Shown here one piece after another: positions 10,552-20,631 of a stretch of DNA of 64,000 bases. Below the pieces are notes generated by a model that was not told the origin of the DNA, searched no databases, and saw only the letters and a program-made list of their open reading frames with translations. The position numbers and the translations under genes were made by a program. The stretch is from positions 21,364-85,363 of the forward strand of contig DATBEL010000066.1 of NCBI GenBank assembly GCA_036276135.1, written 5' to 3'. This DNA is from Candidatus Dormiibacterota bacterium. GTDB lineage: Bacteria > Chloroflexota > Dormibacteria > Aeolococcales > Aeolococcaceae. Every line of letters starts with the position of its first letter. The first letter of the stretch is position 1.

Positions 10552-11625
10552 ATGTCCGAACACGTGTCCGACACCGAGCCGTACATCCTCGCCGAGGAGG
10601 TCGCCGAACGGCTTGGTCTGCCGCTGTCCGTTCTGTTGCGCCGTGTCGAGGCGGGCGACGTGCCCTCACAGCGAGTCGAGCGCGACGACGGGACGCACTA
10701 CGCGCTGCGGCTGAGCGACCTCGGCATCGAGACCGAGGAGGTCAACGGCGACCACGCCGGCCGCGCGCACGATGACGCCGAGGATGAGCCGGATGGGATC
10801 AATGTCTTCGACGAAGCCGGGTCGCGTGGGGTGGAGCAGGCCATCGCGTCCGCGTTCAACCCGGGGATCCACCCGCAGGGAGAGGACGCTCTCGACATCG
10901 CCGACGCCTCAGCGTGGCACCGCGAGGATGACAACCCCGAGGAGGACGACCAGAAGGGGTCCGAGGGTCCGGCCTGGACGTTGCCGGACCCGGTGACGCC
11001 GCCGTGGTCGATACGCCCGCTCGAGCCGCAGGAGCCGCCGGTGTGGATCAGATCCCAAGAGAGCTCCGCAGTCGCCGAGGCGGTGGAGGAGGCTGCGCCG
11101 CCGCCGCCCGGGCCGCAGGCGACCGTCGAGGCCGAGGAGACAGAGGTGGTCGGCACCGGCCAGGTGGCTGCCGAGCCGGCCACGAACCCGACCGACGCTC
11201 CGGGGTTCCGCGAGCGCCGCCGTGCACCGCAGCGTGGCCTCATCGACTCCGGTCCGGGCGGCCCACGCACCGACGTCGCGTCGATGTCCCTCGACGCCCG
11301 CGACCTCGTCGCCGGCCTGCTCGACCGCTGGGAGCGCACCCTCGAGCAGCGCATCTACACCGAGCAGCGGCAACGGTTCCAGGGCGAGCTGACCGCCCGC
11401 CAGAACATGGTCAAGCAGCTGCAGTTGGAGTTGCAGACCGCGCGCGCGGAGCACGCCGCCGCCCAGGCCGAGAAGGACCGCGTCCTCGCCGCCAAGGAGC
11501 GCGAGCTCGCCGAGCGGGAACGCGATCTCGCCGACACCCGGCGCCATGCGGAGGAGGCCGAGCGCAGGGGCGCCTCGGCGGCGCCCCGCCGCCGGCGCTG
11601 GTTCCGGACGCGCGGCAACGACTGA
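10552..11625 (+). CDS. Hypothetical protein with an N-terminal excisionase/MerR-type helix-turn-helix, an acidic disordered middle and a C-terminal coiled coil
   Basis: The N-terminus YILAEEVAERLGLPLSVLLRRVEAGDVPSQRV resembles the HTH_17/Xis family. An Asp/Glu-rich low-complexity region follows. The C-terminus has heptad-like Ala/Glu/Arg repeats (LQLELQTARAEHAAAQAEKDRVLAAKERELAERERDLAD). Confidence 0.55.
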   Translation: MSEHVSDTEPYILAEEVAERLGLPLSVLLRRVEAGDVPSQRVERDDGTHYALRLSDLGIETEEVNGDHAGRAHDDAEDEPDGINVFDEAGSRGVEQAIASAFNPGIHPQGEDALDIADASAWHREDDNPEEDDQKGSEGPAWTLPDPVTPPWSIRPLEPQEPPVWIRSQESSAVAEAVEEAAPPPPGPQATVEAEETEVVGTGQVAAEPATNPTDAPGFRERRRAPQRGLIDSGPGGPRTDVASMSLDARDLVAGLLDRWERTLEQRIYTEQRQRFQGELTARQNMVKQLQLELQTARAEHAAAQAEKDRVLAAKERELAERERDLADTRRHAEEAERRGASAAPRRRRWFRTRGND

Positions 11626-11671
11626 ACCCGAGCCGGCCCAGCCGAGCCGCACCGCGCCGTCCGCGGCCGGT

Positions 11672-13081
11672 GTGCGCTACAAGAGTGCGGCGGGTCGCTG
11701 GATCATCACGGCGACGGTCCTCGGCTCGGGCGTCGCCTTCCTCGACGGCACCGTTGTCAACATCGCCCTGCCGACGATCGCCCGCGACCTGCACAGCGGC
11801 CTCACCGACCTGCAGTGGATCTCGGACGCGTATCTGCTGACTCTCGGGGCGCTGATCGTGCTCGGCGGATCGCTCGGCGACCGCTTCGGGCGCCGGCGCA
11901 TGTTCGTGTTCGGGCTGGCGTCGTTCACGGCGGCGTCGGTGATCTGCGGGGTGGCCCCGAACACGCTGGTGCTGATCGCCGCCCGCGCCGCCCAGGGGAT
12001 CGGCGGCGCGCTGCTCGTCCCCGGCAGCCTGGCGATCATCTCGGCGTGTTTCGTGCCCAGGGATCGCGCCCGCGCCGTCGGGTTGTGGTCGGGGATGAGC
12101 GGCGTGACCACGGCCGCCGCACCATTCGTTGGCGGCTGGCTGGTCGACACCGTGTCGTGGCGCGCGATCTTCTTCGTCAACGTCCCGCTCGCGGCCACCG
12201 CGATCGCGGTGGCGGTGAAACATGTGCCCGAGACCCGCGATGAGTCGGCCGCCGCGAAGATCGACCTCGCCGGGGCGGTCACCATCTCGCTCGGCCTCGC
12301 CGGCCTCGTCTACGCGCTCATCGACGGCCCGGGCAACGGCTGGTCGGCCCCGACGTTGGTGGCGGGCGTGGCCGGGGCGGGGTTGCTGGTGCTCTTCCCA
12401 TTCGTCGAGCTGCGTGGACACACCCCGATGATCCCGCTGGGCATCTTCCGGTCGCGCCAGTTCAGCGGCGCCAACCTGACCACCTTCGTCGTCTACGCGG
12501 CGCTGTCGGTGACCGCGTTCCTGCTCATCCTGCACCTGCAGCAGGACCTGGGCTACTCCGCCCTGCAGGCGGGACTTGCGTTTCTCCCCGCGTCGGCGCT
12601 GCTGACGCTGCTGTCCTCACGGGCCGGCGCGCTCGCGCAGCGAATCGGCGCGCAACTGCCCATGACCGCGGGGCCGATCATCGCCGCGGGCGGTCTGCTC
12701 CTGCTGGCGGGCTCCCGTCCGCACGACGGTTACCTGACCGCCGTTCTTCCCGGTGTGCTGGTGTTCGGCGCCGGCCTGACGCTGACGGTGGCTCCGCTCA
12801 CCGCCGCGGTCATGGCCGCGGTCGACGCCCGACACCTCGGCGTCGGTTCGGCGATCAACAACGCGACCGCGCGCATCGGCGGTCTGCTCGCGGTCGCCGT
12901 GGTGCCCGGGCTGGCCGGGCTGACCGCGGCGTCATCGCACCTCGCCGGGGTCTCGCTCAATGACGGCTTCACCACGTCGATGCGCATCGGGGCGGGGATG
13001 CTGCTGGCCGGCGGGGTGATCGCGGCGCTGACCATCCGCCGGGTCGCACCCGCCGATCAACCGACGACCGCAGCAGCCTGA
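11672..13081 (+). CDS. MFS transporter, DHA2 (EmrB/QacA)-like drug:H+ antiporter family
   Basis: About 14 predicted TM segments are present, with MFS motifs (GSLGDRFGRRRMFVFGL). A GTG start at 11672 gives a typical N-terminus. The ORF-track start at 11546 overlaps the preceding gene. Confidence 0.8.
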   Translation: MRYKSAAGRWIITATVLGSGVAFLDGTVVNIALPTIARDLHSGLTDLQWISDAYLLTLGALIVLGGSLGDRFGRRRMFVFGLASFTAASVICGVAPNTLVLIAARAAQGIGGALLVPGSLAIISACFVPRDRARAVGLWSGMSGVTTAAAPFVGGWLVDTVSWRAIFFVNVPLAATAIAVAVKHVPETRDESAAAKIDLAGAVTISLGLAGLVYALIDGPGNGWSAPTLVAGVAGAGLLVLFPFVELRGHTPMIPLGIFRSRQFSGANLTTFVVYAALSVTAFLLILHLQQDLGYSALQAGLAFLPASALLTLLSSRAGALAQRIGAQLPMTAGPIIAAGGLLLLAGSRPHDGYLTAVLPGVLVFGAGLTLTVAPLTAAVMAAVDARHLGVGSAINNATARIGGLLAVAVVPGLAGLTAASSHLAGVSLNDGFTTSMRIGAGMLLAGGVIAALTIRRVAPADQPTTAAA

Positions 13082-13107
13082 TCCTCTGACCGGCCTACCA
13101 TCCTCGG

Positions 13108-14952
13108 ATGGCCCGCGACGCTGTTGCCGAGATCAAGGCTCGCCTCGACATCGTCGACGTCGTCGGCGGGTACGTGACCCTGCAGCGCGCCGGGCGCGGA
13201 CACCGAGCGCTCTGCCCGTTCCACTCTGAGAAGACGCCCTCGTTCAACGTCAGCCAGGACCGGCAGGTGTGGTACTGCTTCGGGTGCCAGGAGGGCGGTG
13301 ACATGTTCACCTTCGTCGCCAAGGTCGAGCACACCGACTTCCGCCAGGCCCTCGAGCTGCTCGCCGAGAAGGCGGGTGTGGAGCTCGAGGCCGCCGCCCA
13401 GAGCCCGGAGCGTCGCGGGGCCGCGCAGCGGCGCAAGCGGACACTCGAGCTCAACGCTCGAGCAGCCGCCTTCTTCGAGCACGTCCTGTGGTCGAGCCCG
13501 GCGGGAGCGGCCGGTCGCGACCTGCTCGGTGACCGCTCCATCGATGAAGCGCAGTCACGGACGTTCGCGGTCGGTTTCGCGCCGGCGGGCGGGGCGGGCG
13601 AGGACGCGCTCTCACGCTACCTCGGCGACCGGGCCGCGGCGAAACCGGAGGAGATCGTCGACGCGGGGCTCGCCCACCACTCGCGCGGGGGGCGGCTGCG
13701 CGATCGCTTCCGCCATCGCCTGGTGTTCCCGATCCGCGACGAGCGCGGCGAGGTGATCGCCTTCGGCGCCCGAGCGCTGGGCGACGATGTGCCCAAGTAC
13801 CTGAACTCGCCGGAGACATCCGTGTATCACAAGGGCAGCGCCCTGTTCGGCATCGACCTCGCCCGGACGGCGATGCACGACCGTCGCGTGGCGGTGATCG
13901 TCGAGGGCTACTTCGACGTGATGGCGGCACATGCCGCGGGTGTCGCCAACACCGTCGCCAGCAGTGGCACGGCGCTGACCCGCGAGCAGGCCAAGGTGCT
14001 GTCGCGGCACGCCGCCGGCGTGGTGCTCTGCTTCGACGCCGACGACGCCGGGCGGGCGGCGGCGTCGCGCGCGGTTGACGTCGTCGCCGCAGAAGGCCTG
14101 CAGGCGCGGATCTGCATCCTTCCACAGGGGTACAAGGACCCGGACGAGCTGGTCCGGAGCGACCCCGCCGCGTTTGCCAAGGCGGTCGACGATGCTCCGC
14201 CGGAGTGGCAGGTGCTGCTGGATCGCGCGCTGGCCGGCGAGGAAGGCGGGAGCATTGACGCACGTCGGGTTGCCGCCGAACGAGTGGTCGCGCTGCTCGC
14301 TCGAATCCCCGAGGCGGCCGCTCGCGAGCTGTACACGCAGCAGGGGGCCCGGCGCCTCGACCTGAGCGTGAGCACCGTGGCGTCGGACGTCGCGGTGGCG
14401 CGCAGCGGCGCCTCGGGCGGACGCCCGTTGCGCGTCACAACAGCGCCGCCGGCGGCGGTCGAGCCACGTCCCACCGACGACGGACCGCGCCCGCCACCAC
14501 CCGCCGCCTGGGACGGCTACCTGGCCACGCTCTGCGTCCACCGCCCGCAGATCGCCCGCCGGCTGACAGCCGAGTTCGGCCTCGACATCAGCGCCATCCA
14601 GAGCCCGCTCGCCCGGCGCATGGTCGAGGTGGCCGCGGGGACCGCCGGCGACGAGCCCTTCCCGGTGGGATCGCTGCCGGCCATCGAGCGCGACTTCGCC
14701 GCCGCCCTCCTCATCCGGACGGTGCCCGAGCTGTTGCCGGAGAGCCGCGTCACCGACCTCGACACGGCCATCGCCGACTGCGTGCGGCTGGTCGCCGAGG
14801 CCCAGCGCATCACCGAGATCACCGACGTCAGCCGCCGCATGGCCGCAGCCAAGGAGCGCGGCGACAGCACCGAGGTCGGGGAGTTGGCAGCGCGCCTGCG
14901 CCAGCTGGCCACCGCGTCGCCCCGACTGCGCCGCAGCGCAGGCACCGGCTGA
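13108..14952 (+). CDS. dnaG: DNA primase
   Basis: The protein has an N-terminal CHC2 zinc finger (CPFHSEKTPSFNVSQDRQVWYCFGC) and a TOPRIM domain (VVEGYFDVMAAH ... FDADDAGRAA). Confidence 0.9.
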   Translation: MARDAVAEIKARLDIVDVVGGYVTLQRAGRGHRALCPFHSEKTPSFNVSQDRQVWYCFGCQEGGDMFTFVAKVEHTDFRQALELLAEKAGVELEAAAQSPERRGAAQRRKRTLELNARAAAFFEHVLWSSPAGAAGRDLLGDRSIDEAQSRTFAVGFAPAGGAGEDALSRYLGDRAAAKPEEIVDAGLAHHSRGGRLRDRFRHRLVFPIRDERGEVIAFGARALGDDVPKYLNSPETSVYHKGSALFGIDLARTAMHDRRVAVIVEGYFDVMAAHAAGVANTVASSGTALTREQAKVLSRHAAGVVLCFDADDAGRAAASRAVDVVAAEGLQARICILPQGYKDPDELVRSDPAAFAKAVDDAPPEWQVLLDRALAGEEGGSIDARRVAAERVVALLARIPEAAARELYTQQGARRLDLSVSTVASDVAVARSGASGGRPLRVTTAPPAAVEPRPTDDGPRPPPPAAWDGYLATLCVHRPQIARRLTAEFGLDISAIQSPLARRMVEVAAGTAGDEPFPVGSLPAIERDFAAALLIRTVPELLPESRVTDLDTAIADCVRLVAEAQRITEITDVSRRMAAAKERGDSTEVGELAARLRQLATASPRLRRSAGTG

Positions 14953-14982
14953 CAGCGCCCCGCGGATGTAGCGATTCGCTCG

Positions 14983-16143
<1,161 letters not shown>

Positions 16144-16226
16144 GGCACCGCGGCGGTTCACTCGAACGTGCGCTCCGTATACTCGGCTCACCGTTCCCTC
16201 ATCCCAATCGAGAACCACCCACTCAT

Positions 16227-16301
16227 TCCGGGTTAGCTCAGCGGTAGAGCAGGCGGCTGTTAACCGCAAGGTCACTGGTTCGAATCCAGTACCCGGAGCC
16301 A
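16227..16301 (+). tRNA. tRNA-Asn (anticodon GTT)
   Basis: A cloverleaf folds by hand: 7-bp acceptor TCCGGGT/ACCCGGA, D arm GCTC/GAGC, anticodon loop CTGTTAA, T arm ACTGG-TTCGAAT-CCAGT, with an encoded CCA. It closely resembles E. coli tRNA-Asn. Confidence 0.8.
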
Positions 16302-16326
16302 CCAGCACCTTCGAAGGGGAGACGAC

Positions 16327-17340
16327 ATGGCCGACGACGCAGCACACACTCCAGCAGGGCCAGCCAGAGACAGCGAGGACGGCGGCAGGGCCGATGGTGT
16401 CGCAGAGGACGCCGAGAGCATCGTTGCCGCGGACATCGGGGCGCCATCGTCCCGCACCAAGGCGACGTCCGCCGACGGCGCGCAGCCCACCGGCCGCAAG
16501 AAGGGCACGTCCACCGAGGACGTGCGCAGCCGGGAGCTGGTGGCGGTCGGCGCCGGCGAGGGCGAGCGCGGCGCGTCCGCGCCCTCGCGCGAGCTCACGC
16601 CAGAGCCGTCGGCGTGGAGCGGTCCCCGCCGCGACATCGCCGACGACAGGCCGCACTGGACGTTTCCCGGCGTTGTCGCGGAGCCGTCGGTGCCGGGATC
16701 GCCGAGCGAGCCTGAGCCGACCGACGCCAACCAGGCCGAGCTTCCGTTCGTGGCCATCGACGCGCCCGCGCTCCGGCCGGCCCGGCCGATGCCGACGTTC
16801 GGCCCGGTGGGCCGATCGCGGTCCGTAGTGCTGGTGCCCGTCATCTCGATGCTGACCCTGGGCGTCTACGCGCTGGCGTGGCACCACGGCGTCAACCGCG
16901 AGCTCGAGGAGTTCGATCCCAAGCTCCACTCCCGCCCGCGTCGCAGCACGGCCGCCGTGATGGTGCCGTGGCTCGCGGGCCTGCTGGTCACCCTGGCGGG
17001 AGCCACCCTGATCATCACGACACGGCTGGGCGTTCACCTGCCCTTCAACATCCACCTCGCCGGCTGGCAGGCCTACGCGCTGCTCGCCGGGCTGGCCGCC
17101 GTTCCCTACCTCGCGCTGCTGCTGCCGTTCAGCGCGGTTGCCGTGGTCATGACACTGGAGCGGCTGCGCTCGGTCGAGGAGCACGTGGGCGCCACCACCG
17201 ACCGGCAGGTGCGCCCGGTGGGCACGTCGTTGTTCCTCGCCATCCCCCTGGTCGGCGGCCTCATGCTGCTGGCGATCGAGCAGCGCCGGCTCAACGCCAT
17301 CTGGCACGCCATGACCACATCAGGACACCTCTACAGCTGA
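16327..17340 (+). CDS. Membrane protein with a disordered acidic N-terminal half and a C-terminal DUF4234-like multi-TM domain
   Basis: An AAGGGGAG ribosome-binding site precedes the ATG. A DUF4234-like motif (VISMLTLGVYALAWHHGVNRELEEF) is followed by three further hydrophobic helices. Confidence 0.6.
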   Translation: MADDAAHTPAGPARDSEDGGRADGVAEDAESIVAADIGAPSSRTKATSADGAQPTGRKKGTSTEDVRSRELVAVGAGEGERGASAPSRELTPEPSAWSGPRRDIADDRPHWTFPGVVAEPSVPGSPSEPEPTDANQAELPFVAIDAPALRPARPMPTFGPVGRSRSVVLVPVISMLTLGVYALAWHHGVNRELEEFDPKLHSRPRRSTAAVMVPWLAGLLVTLAGATLIITTRLGVHLPFNIHLAGWQAYALLAGLAAVPYLALLLPFSAVAVVMTLERLRSVEEHVGATTDRQVRPVGTSLFLAIPLVGGLMLLAIEQRRLNAIWHAMTTSGHLYS

Positions 17341-17456
17341 GCAACCTGCCGCTGCCCCCGCCACCGCCACCGCCGCCTCCTCCGCCCGGGGAGCCGGTCG
17401 ATACGGACGCGGCTCTGCCGCAGGCTGGGAAGCGCCGCTCTCGGAGGCGCCGCAGC

Positions 17457-17699
17457 GTGCTGCAGACGCCCGGGTTCGTGGATCTGATGGATGAGGCCGA
17501 CGACGCGGCGGGCCGGGTCGTGATCTTCACCGTGGAACCGGCAGCCGACATCGCGCCGCCGGCGCTGCTCGGCGAACGCGCTCCCCGTCGTCGCATGCCC
17601 TCGTGGATCGGCGCCCTGGCCGACGACCCCCGCGGCGCCGCCGTGCTGGCCGTCTGCCTGGTCCTGCTGTTGCTGCTGGGGCTGCATCTGACCCATTGA
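17457..17699 (+). CDS. Possible small protein (about 80 aa) with a C-terminal TM helix. It could instead be a frameshifted C-terminal extension of the upstream DUF4234 gene.
   Basis: A GGAGG ribosome-binding site lies about 9 nt before an in-frame GTG at 17457. Third codon positions are G/C-rich throughout. The C-terminus is hydrophobic (AAVLAVCLVLLLLLGLHL). The same frame is open back through a (CCG)n poly-Pro tract. Confidence 0.35.
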   Translation: MLQTPGFVDLMDEADDAAGRVVIFTVEPAADIAPPALLGERAPRRRMPSWIGALADDPRGAAVLAVCLVLLLLLGLHLTH

Positions 17700-17732
17700 C
17701 GTGGCCGTGCCACCTACACAATTCTGTGTGAT

Positions 17733-17744
17733 ACACTCCAGTGT
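17733..17744. promoter_or_regulatory. Perfect inverted repeat ACACT-cc-AGTGT abutting the radC start codon, inside a locally AT-rich stretch
   Basis: The 5-bp perfect inverted repeat with a 2-nt spacer sits immediately 5' of the ATG at 17745. The surrounding 40 nt (cacctacacaattctgtgtgatacactccagtgtatgac) is unusually AT-rich for this genome. Confidence 0.3.
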
Positions 17745-18398
17745 ATGACGCGGGTGGCGGCGGCAATCGCGGACGACGAGCTCCTGCGCGGACACACCGA
17801 CGCCGAGCTCATCGCCCGGGTGCTGGGCGGCTCCAGCCCGTCCGCCGCCGTGGTCGAGTGCGCCGCCCGCGTCTCGCGGGTCCCCGTCTGGGAGCGCCGC
17901 CTGCTGGGCGCGCGCGGCCTGGTGCGCGACCACGGAATCCCCGCCGACCGCGCCCGCCGGCTGGCCGCCCTGTGGGAGCTCGCCGAGCGCTGGTTCCCCG
18001 ATGAGCGGCCGTCGGTCACCTCACCGCGCGAGGCGGTGCTGTTGCTCGGCGGCCTGCGGGAGTCGGCGCGCGAACAGGTCTGGGTCCTGATGCTCGACGC
18101 GCGGCACCGGCCGGTGGGATGCGACACCGTGGCCGTGGGCGGCGTCAACAGCTCCCGGCTCACCCCTCGCGACGTCCTGGCGCCGGTTCTCCGCAGCGGC
18201 GCCGCGTCGTTCGTCGTGGCCCACAACCATCCGTCCGGCGACCCGTCACCGTCCCGCGCCGACCGGGTCGTCACCGAGGCGCTGCGCAACGCCGCGGCGC
18301 TGATCGGCGTGCCCATGCTCGACCACATCGTGGTCGCGGCGCGCGCCCACCACTCGTTCCGCGAAGTGGAGGGCTGGGACGCCGCCACCGCTGCCTGA
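17745..18398 (+). CDS. radC: RadC-family JAB/MPN domain protein (DNA repair protein RadC homolog)
   Basis: The JAMM-like motif HNHPSGDPSPSRAD is present, with RadC-typical length and layout. Confidence 0.8.
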   Translation: MTRVAAAIADDELLRGHTDAELIARVLGGSSPSAAVVECAARVSRVPVWERRLLGARGLVRDHGIPADRARRLAALWELAERWFPDERPSVTSPREAVLLLGGLRESAREQVWVLMLDARHRPVGCDTVAVGGVNSSRLTPRDVLAPVLRSGAASFVVAHNHPSGDPSPSRADRVVTEALRNAAALIGVPMLDHIVVAARAHHSFREVEGWDAATAA

Positions 18399-18403
18399 GT
18401 CGA

Positions 18404-19603
18404 TCAGGAGAAGGCGTCTTCCCCCGTGATCGCCTTGCCGAGGATGAGGGTGTGCACCTCCTCGGTGCCCTCGTAGGTGAGCACCGATTCGAGGTTGTTC
18501 ATGTGCCGGATCACCGGGTATTCGAGGGTGACCCCGTTGGCTCCGAGGATGGTGCGCGCCTCGCGCGCGATCTCGATCGCCGCGCGCACATTGGCGCGCT
18601 TGGCGAGTGACACCTGGACGGGGTGGAGCCGGCCGGAATCCTTCAGGGTGCCGAGGCGATGGGCCACCAGCCGGCCCTGCACCAGCGAGGTTGCCATGGC
18701 GGCGAGCTTGGCCTGGGTGAGCTGGAAGCGGGCGATCGGGCCGTCGAACATGCGGCGGGTCTTGCTGTACTCCAGCGCTGCCTCGAAGCAGGCACGGCCG
18801 GCGCCCAGCGCCCCCCAGGCGATGCCGTACCGCGCCTCGTTGAGGCACGACAGCGGGCCGCGCAACCCCGAAACCTCCGGCAGCACCGCAGTCTGTGGCA
18901 ATCGCACGTCGTCGAAACGCAGCTCGCTGGTCACCGATGCGCGCAGCGACAGCTTGCGATGGATGTCGGTCGCCGTGAATCCCGGGACACCGCGCTCCAC
19001 GAGAAAGCCGCGCACCCCCTCGTCGGTGGTGGCCCACACCACCGCCACGTCGGCCACGGAGCCGTTGGTGATCCACATCTTGTTGCCGTTCAGCACCCAG
19101 CCGTCGCCGCCGCGGCGTGCCACGGTGCGCATCGAGCCCGGGTCGCTGCCCGCGTCCGCCTCGGTCAGCCCGAAGCACCCGATCATCGATCCTGCTGCCA
19201 TCTCTGGCAGAAACTTGCGCTTCTGCTCCTCGCTCCCATACGCATGGATCGGGAACATCGCCAGCGAACCCTGCACCGAGACGAAGGAGCGCAGCCCGCT
19301 GTCACCCGCCTCGAGCTCCTCGCAGGCCACGCCGTAGGCGATGGCGGTGGAGCCGGCGCAGCCGTAGCCGGTCAGGTGCATGCCAAGAAGCCCGAGCGAA
19401 GCAACCTCGGCAACCAGCTCCCGGGGAAAGGTCGCCGCCTCGAAATGGTCGGCGATGATCGGCAGGACCCGTTCGCGCACCATCGCCCGCACGGTGTCGC
19501 GGATCAGCCGCTCGTCGTCGCTGAGCAGGCCGTCGACGTCGTAGAGGTCACTGGCCGCGGGCAGCGCCGGGCTCGTGCGCGCGGCCTGCGTGGTGGTCAC
19601 CAC
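18404..19603 (-). CDS. Acyl-CoA dehydrogenase, glutaryl-CoA dehydrogenase-like
   Basis: The protein has the acyl-CoA dehydrogenase fold, with GCDH-like motifs YGCAGSTAIAYGVACEELEAGDSG and the C-terminal TYEGTEEVHTLILGKAITG. Confidence 0.85.
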   Translation of the reverse strand: MVTTTQAARTSPALPAASDLYDVDGLLSDDERLIRDTVRAMVRERVLPIIADHFEAATFPRELVAEVASLGLLGMHLTGYGCAGSTAIAYGVACEELEAGDSGLRSFVSVQGSLAMFPIHAYGSEEQKRKFLPEMAAGSMIGCFGLTEADAGSDPGSMRTVARRGGDGWVLNGNKMWITNGSVADVAVVWATTDEGVRGFLVERGVPGFTATDIHRKLSLRASVTSELRFDDVRLPQTAVLPEVSGLRGPLSCLNEARYGIAWGALGAGRACFEAALEYSKTRRMFDGPIARFQLTQAKLAAMATSLVQGRLVAHRLGTLKDSGRLHPVQVSLAKRANVRAAIEIAREARTILGANGVTLEYPVIRHMNNLESVLTYEGTEEVHTLILGKAITGEDAFS

Positions 19604-19639
19604 AGAATTGAAGCACGCGGCCGGACCCGGCCGTGGCCT

Positions 19640-20062
19640 CTAGGCAACCGCCTCCCCCTCACCCGCGGTCCGAGCCGCCTCCACCTGGGTGCGCAGCAGC
19701 GTCTCGCCGACGAAGCCGGCATTGAGCGCGCTGACCCGCCCGCGGGCGTCGAGGACCACCGTTGTCGGCAGGGTCATCACCCGGTACGCCCGCGCCGCCT
19801 GCGGATCGACGCCCACGTCGATCTCGGTGACCTGCAGGTCGGTGATCGCCTCGTGGAGGCGTCGCAGCGCCGGCCGCTGCGCGACATGGCAGATGGTGCA
19901 GTTCTCCCCGGTGAAGTAGAGGATGTCCGCGGTGCCGCCGCAGCCGGCCGGGGCGACCCGGCCGAGCAGGCGCCGCTGCGAGGACCGCTGCAGCCTGAGG
20001 ACCCCGGCGACGATGGCGATGGCCGCCGCAGCGGCGATCGGGGCGAGCAGCACCGGCGCCAT
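19640..20062 (-). CDS. Membrane-anchored thioredoxin-fold protein (CxxC)
   Basis: An N-terminal TM helix is followed by a thioredoxin fold with CTIC active-site-like motif (FTGENCTICH) and the cis-Pro region TLPTTVVLD. Confidence 0.7.
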   Translation of the reverse strand: MAPVLLAPIAAAAAIAIVAGVLRLQRSSQRRLLGRVAPAGCGGTADILYFTGENCTICHVAQRPALRRLHEAITDLQVTEIDVGVDPQAARAYRVMTLPTTVVLDARGRVSALNAGFVGETLLRTQVEAARTAGEGEAVA

Positions 20063-20064
20063 GG

Positions 20065-20547
20065 TCAGCCGGTGACGGTGCGGCGGCGCGACAGGGGGAA
20101 GAGGCCCACCCGGACCATCTGGGCGTACACGATGCAGCCGACGCAGATGTCGAAGGCGAAGTTGAGGAAGGCGAGAGCGACCACGATCCAGCCCAGCGTC
20201 CAGGCGACGGTGAGGAGACCAGCCAGTGCCGTAACGCTCGCCGCCACCAGGAAGATCCCGCCGAGCAGCTGGGCAAAGCGGTGCGGGGCGGGGTCCTCGA
20301 CTCGGACGCGCGGACGCACCAGGCCCCTGGGCTTGAGCACTCCGACATAGATTGCCCGCGGCAGGCTCGTCGCCGGCGAGAGCGCGCCACCGAGCAGCAT
20401 CAACGCGAACACCGGCAGGGCGATGGCTGCCGCCGGCCGAGCCAGGGCAACCAGCCAGGCGATGATCAGCCCGACGATCAGGATCACCTGCCCGACCTTG
20501 AGGGCGCTGCGGTCGAAGCGCACGTTGGCCATCAGGAGCAAAAGCAT
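20065..20547 (-). CDS. Integral membrane protein, DUF4395-like (4 TM)
   Basis: Four hydrophobic helices are predicted. Its stop lies 2 nt from the downstream thioredoxin start, suggesting an operon. DUF4395 family proteins are characteristically found with thioredoxins. Confidence 0.6.
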   Translation of the reverse strand: MLLLLMANVRFDRSALKVGQVILIVGLIIAWLVALARPAAAIALPVFALMLLGGALSPATSLPRAIYVGVLKPRGLVRPRVRVEDPAPHRFAQLLGGIFLVAASVTALAGLLTVAWTLGWIVVALAFLNFAFDICVGCIVYAQMVRVGLFPLSRRRTVTG

Positions 20548-20631
20548 ACCGAAATGGTCGGATTTACCGTGCCGGGGCGAACGGGGTACCCTCGGCGCAC
20601 CGCGACCAGCAGATCACAGAGGGGATCGAGC

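Noticed and set aside
16878-17340. 5' two-thirds of the plus-strand ORF 16878..17699 overlapping the DUF4234 gene in another frame
   Set aside because: The DUF4234 frame carries the recognisable domain. Only the part downstream of the DUF4234 stop (17341-17699) is kept, as a low-confidence feature.
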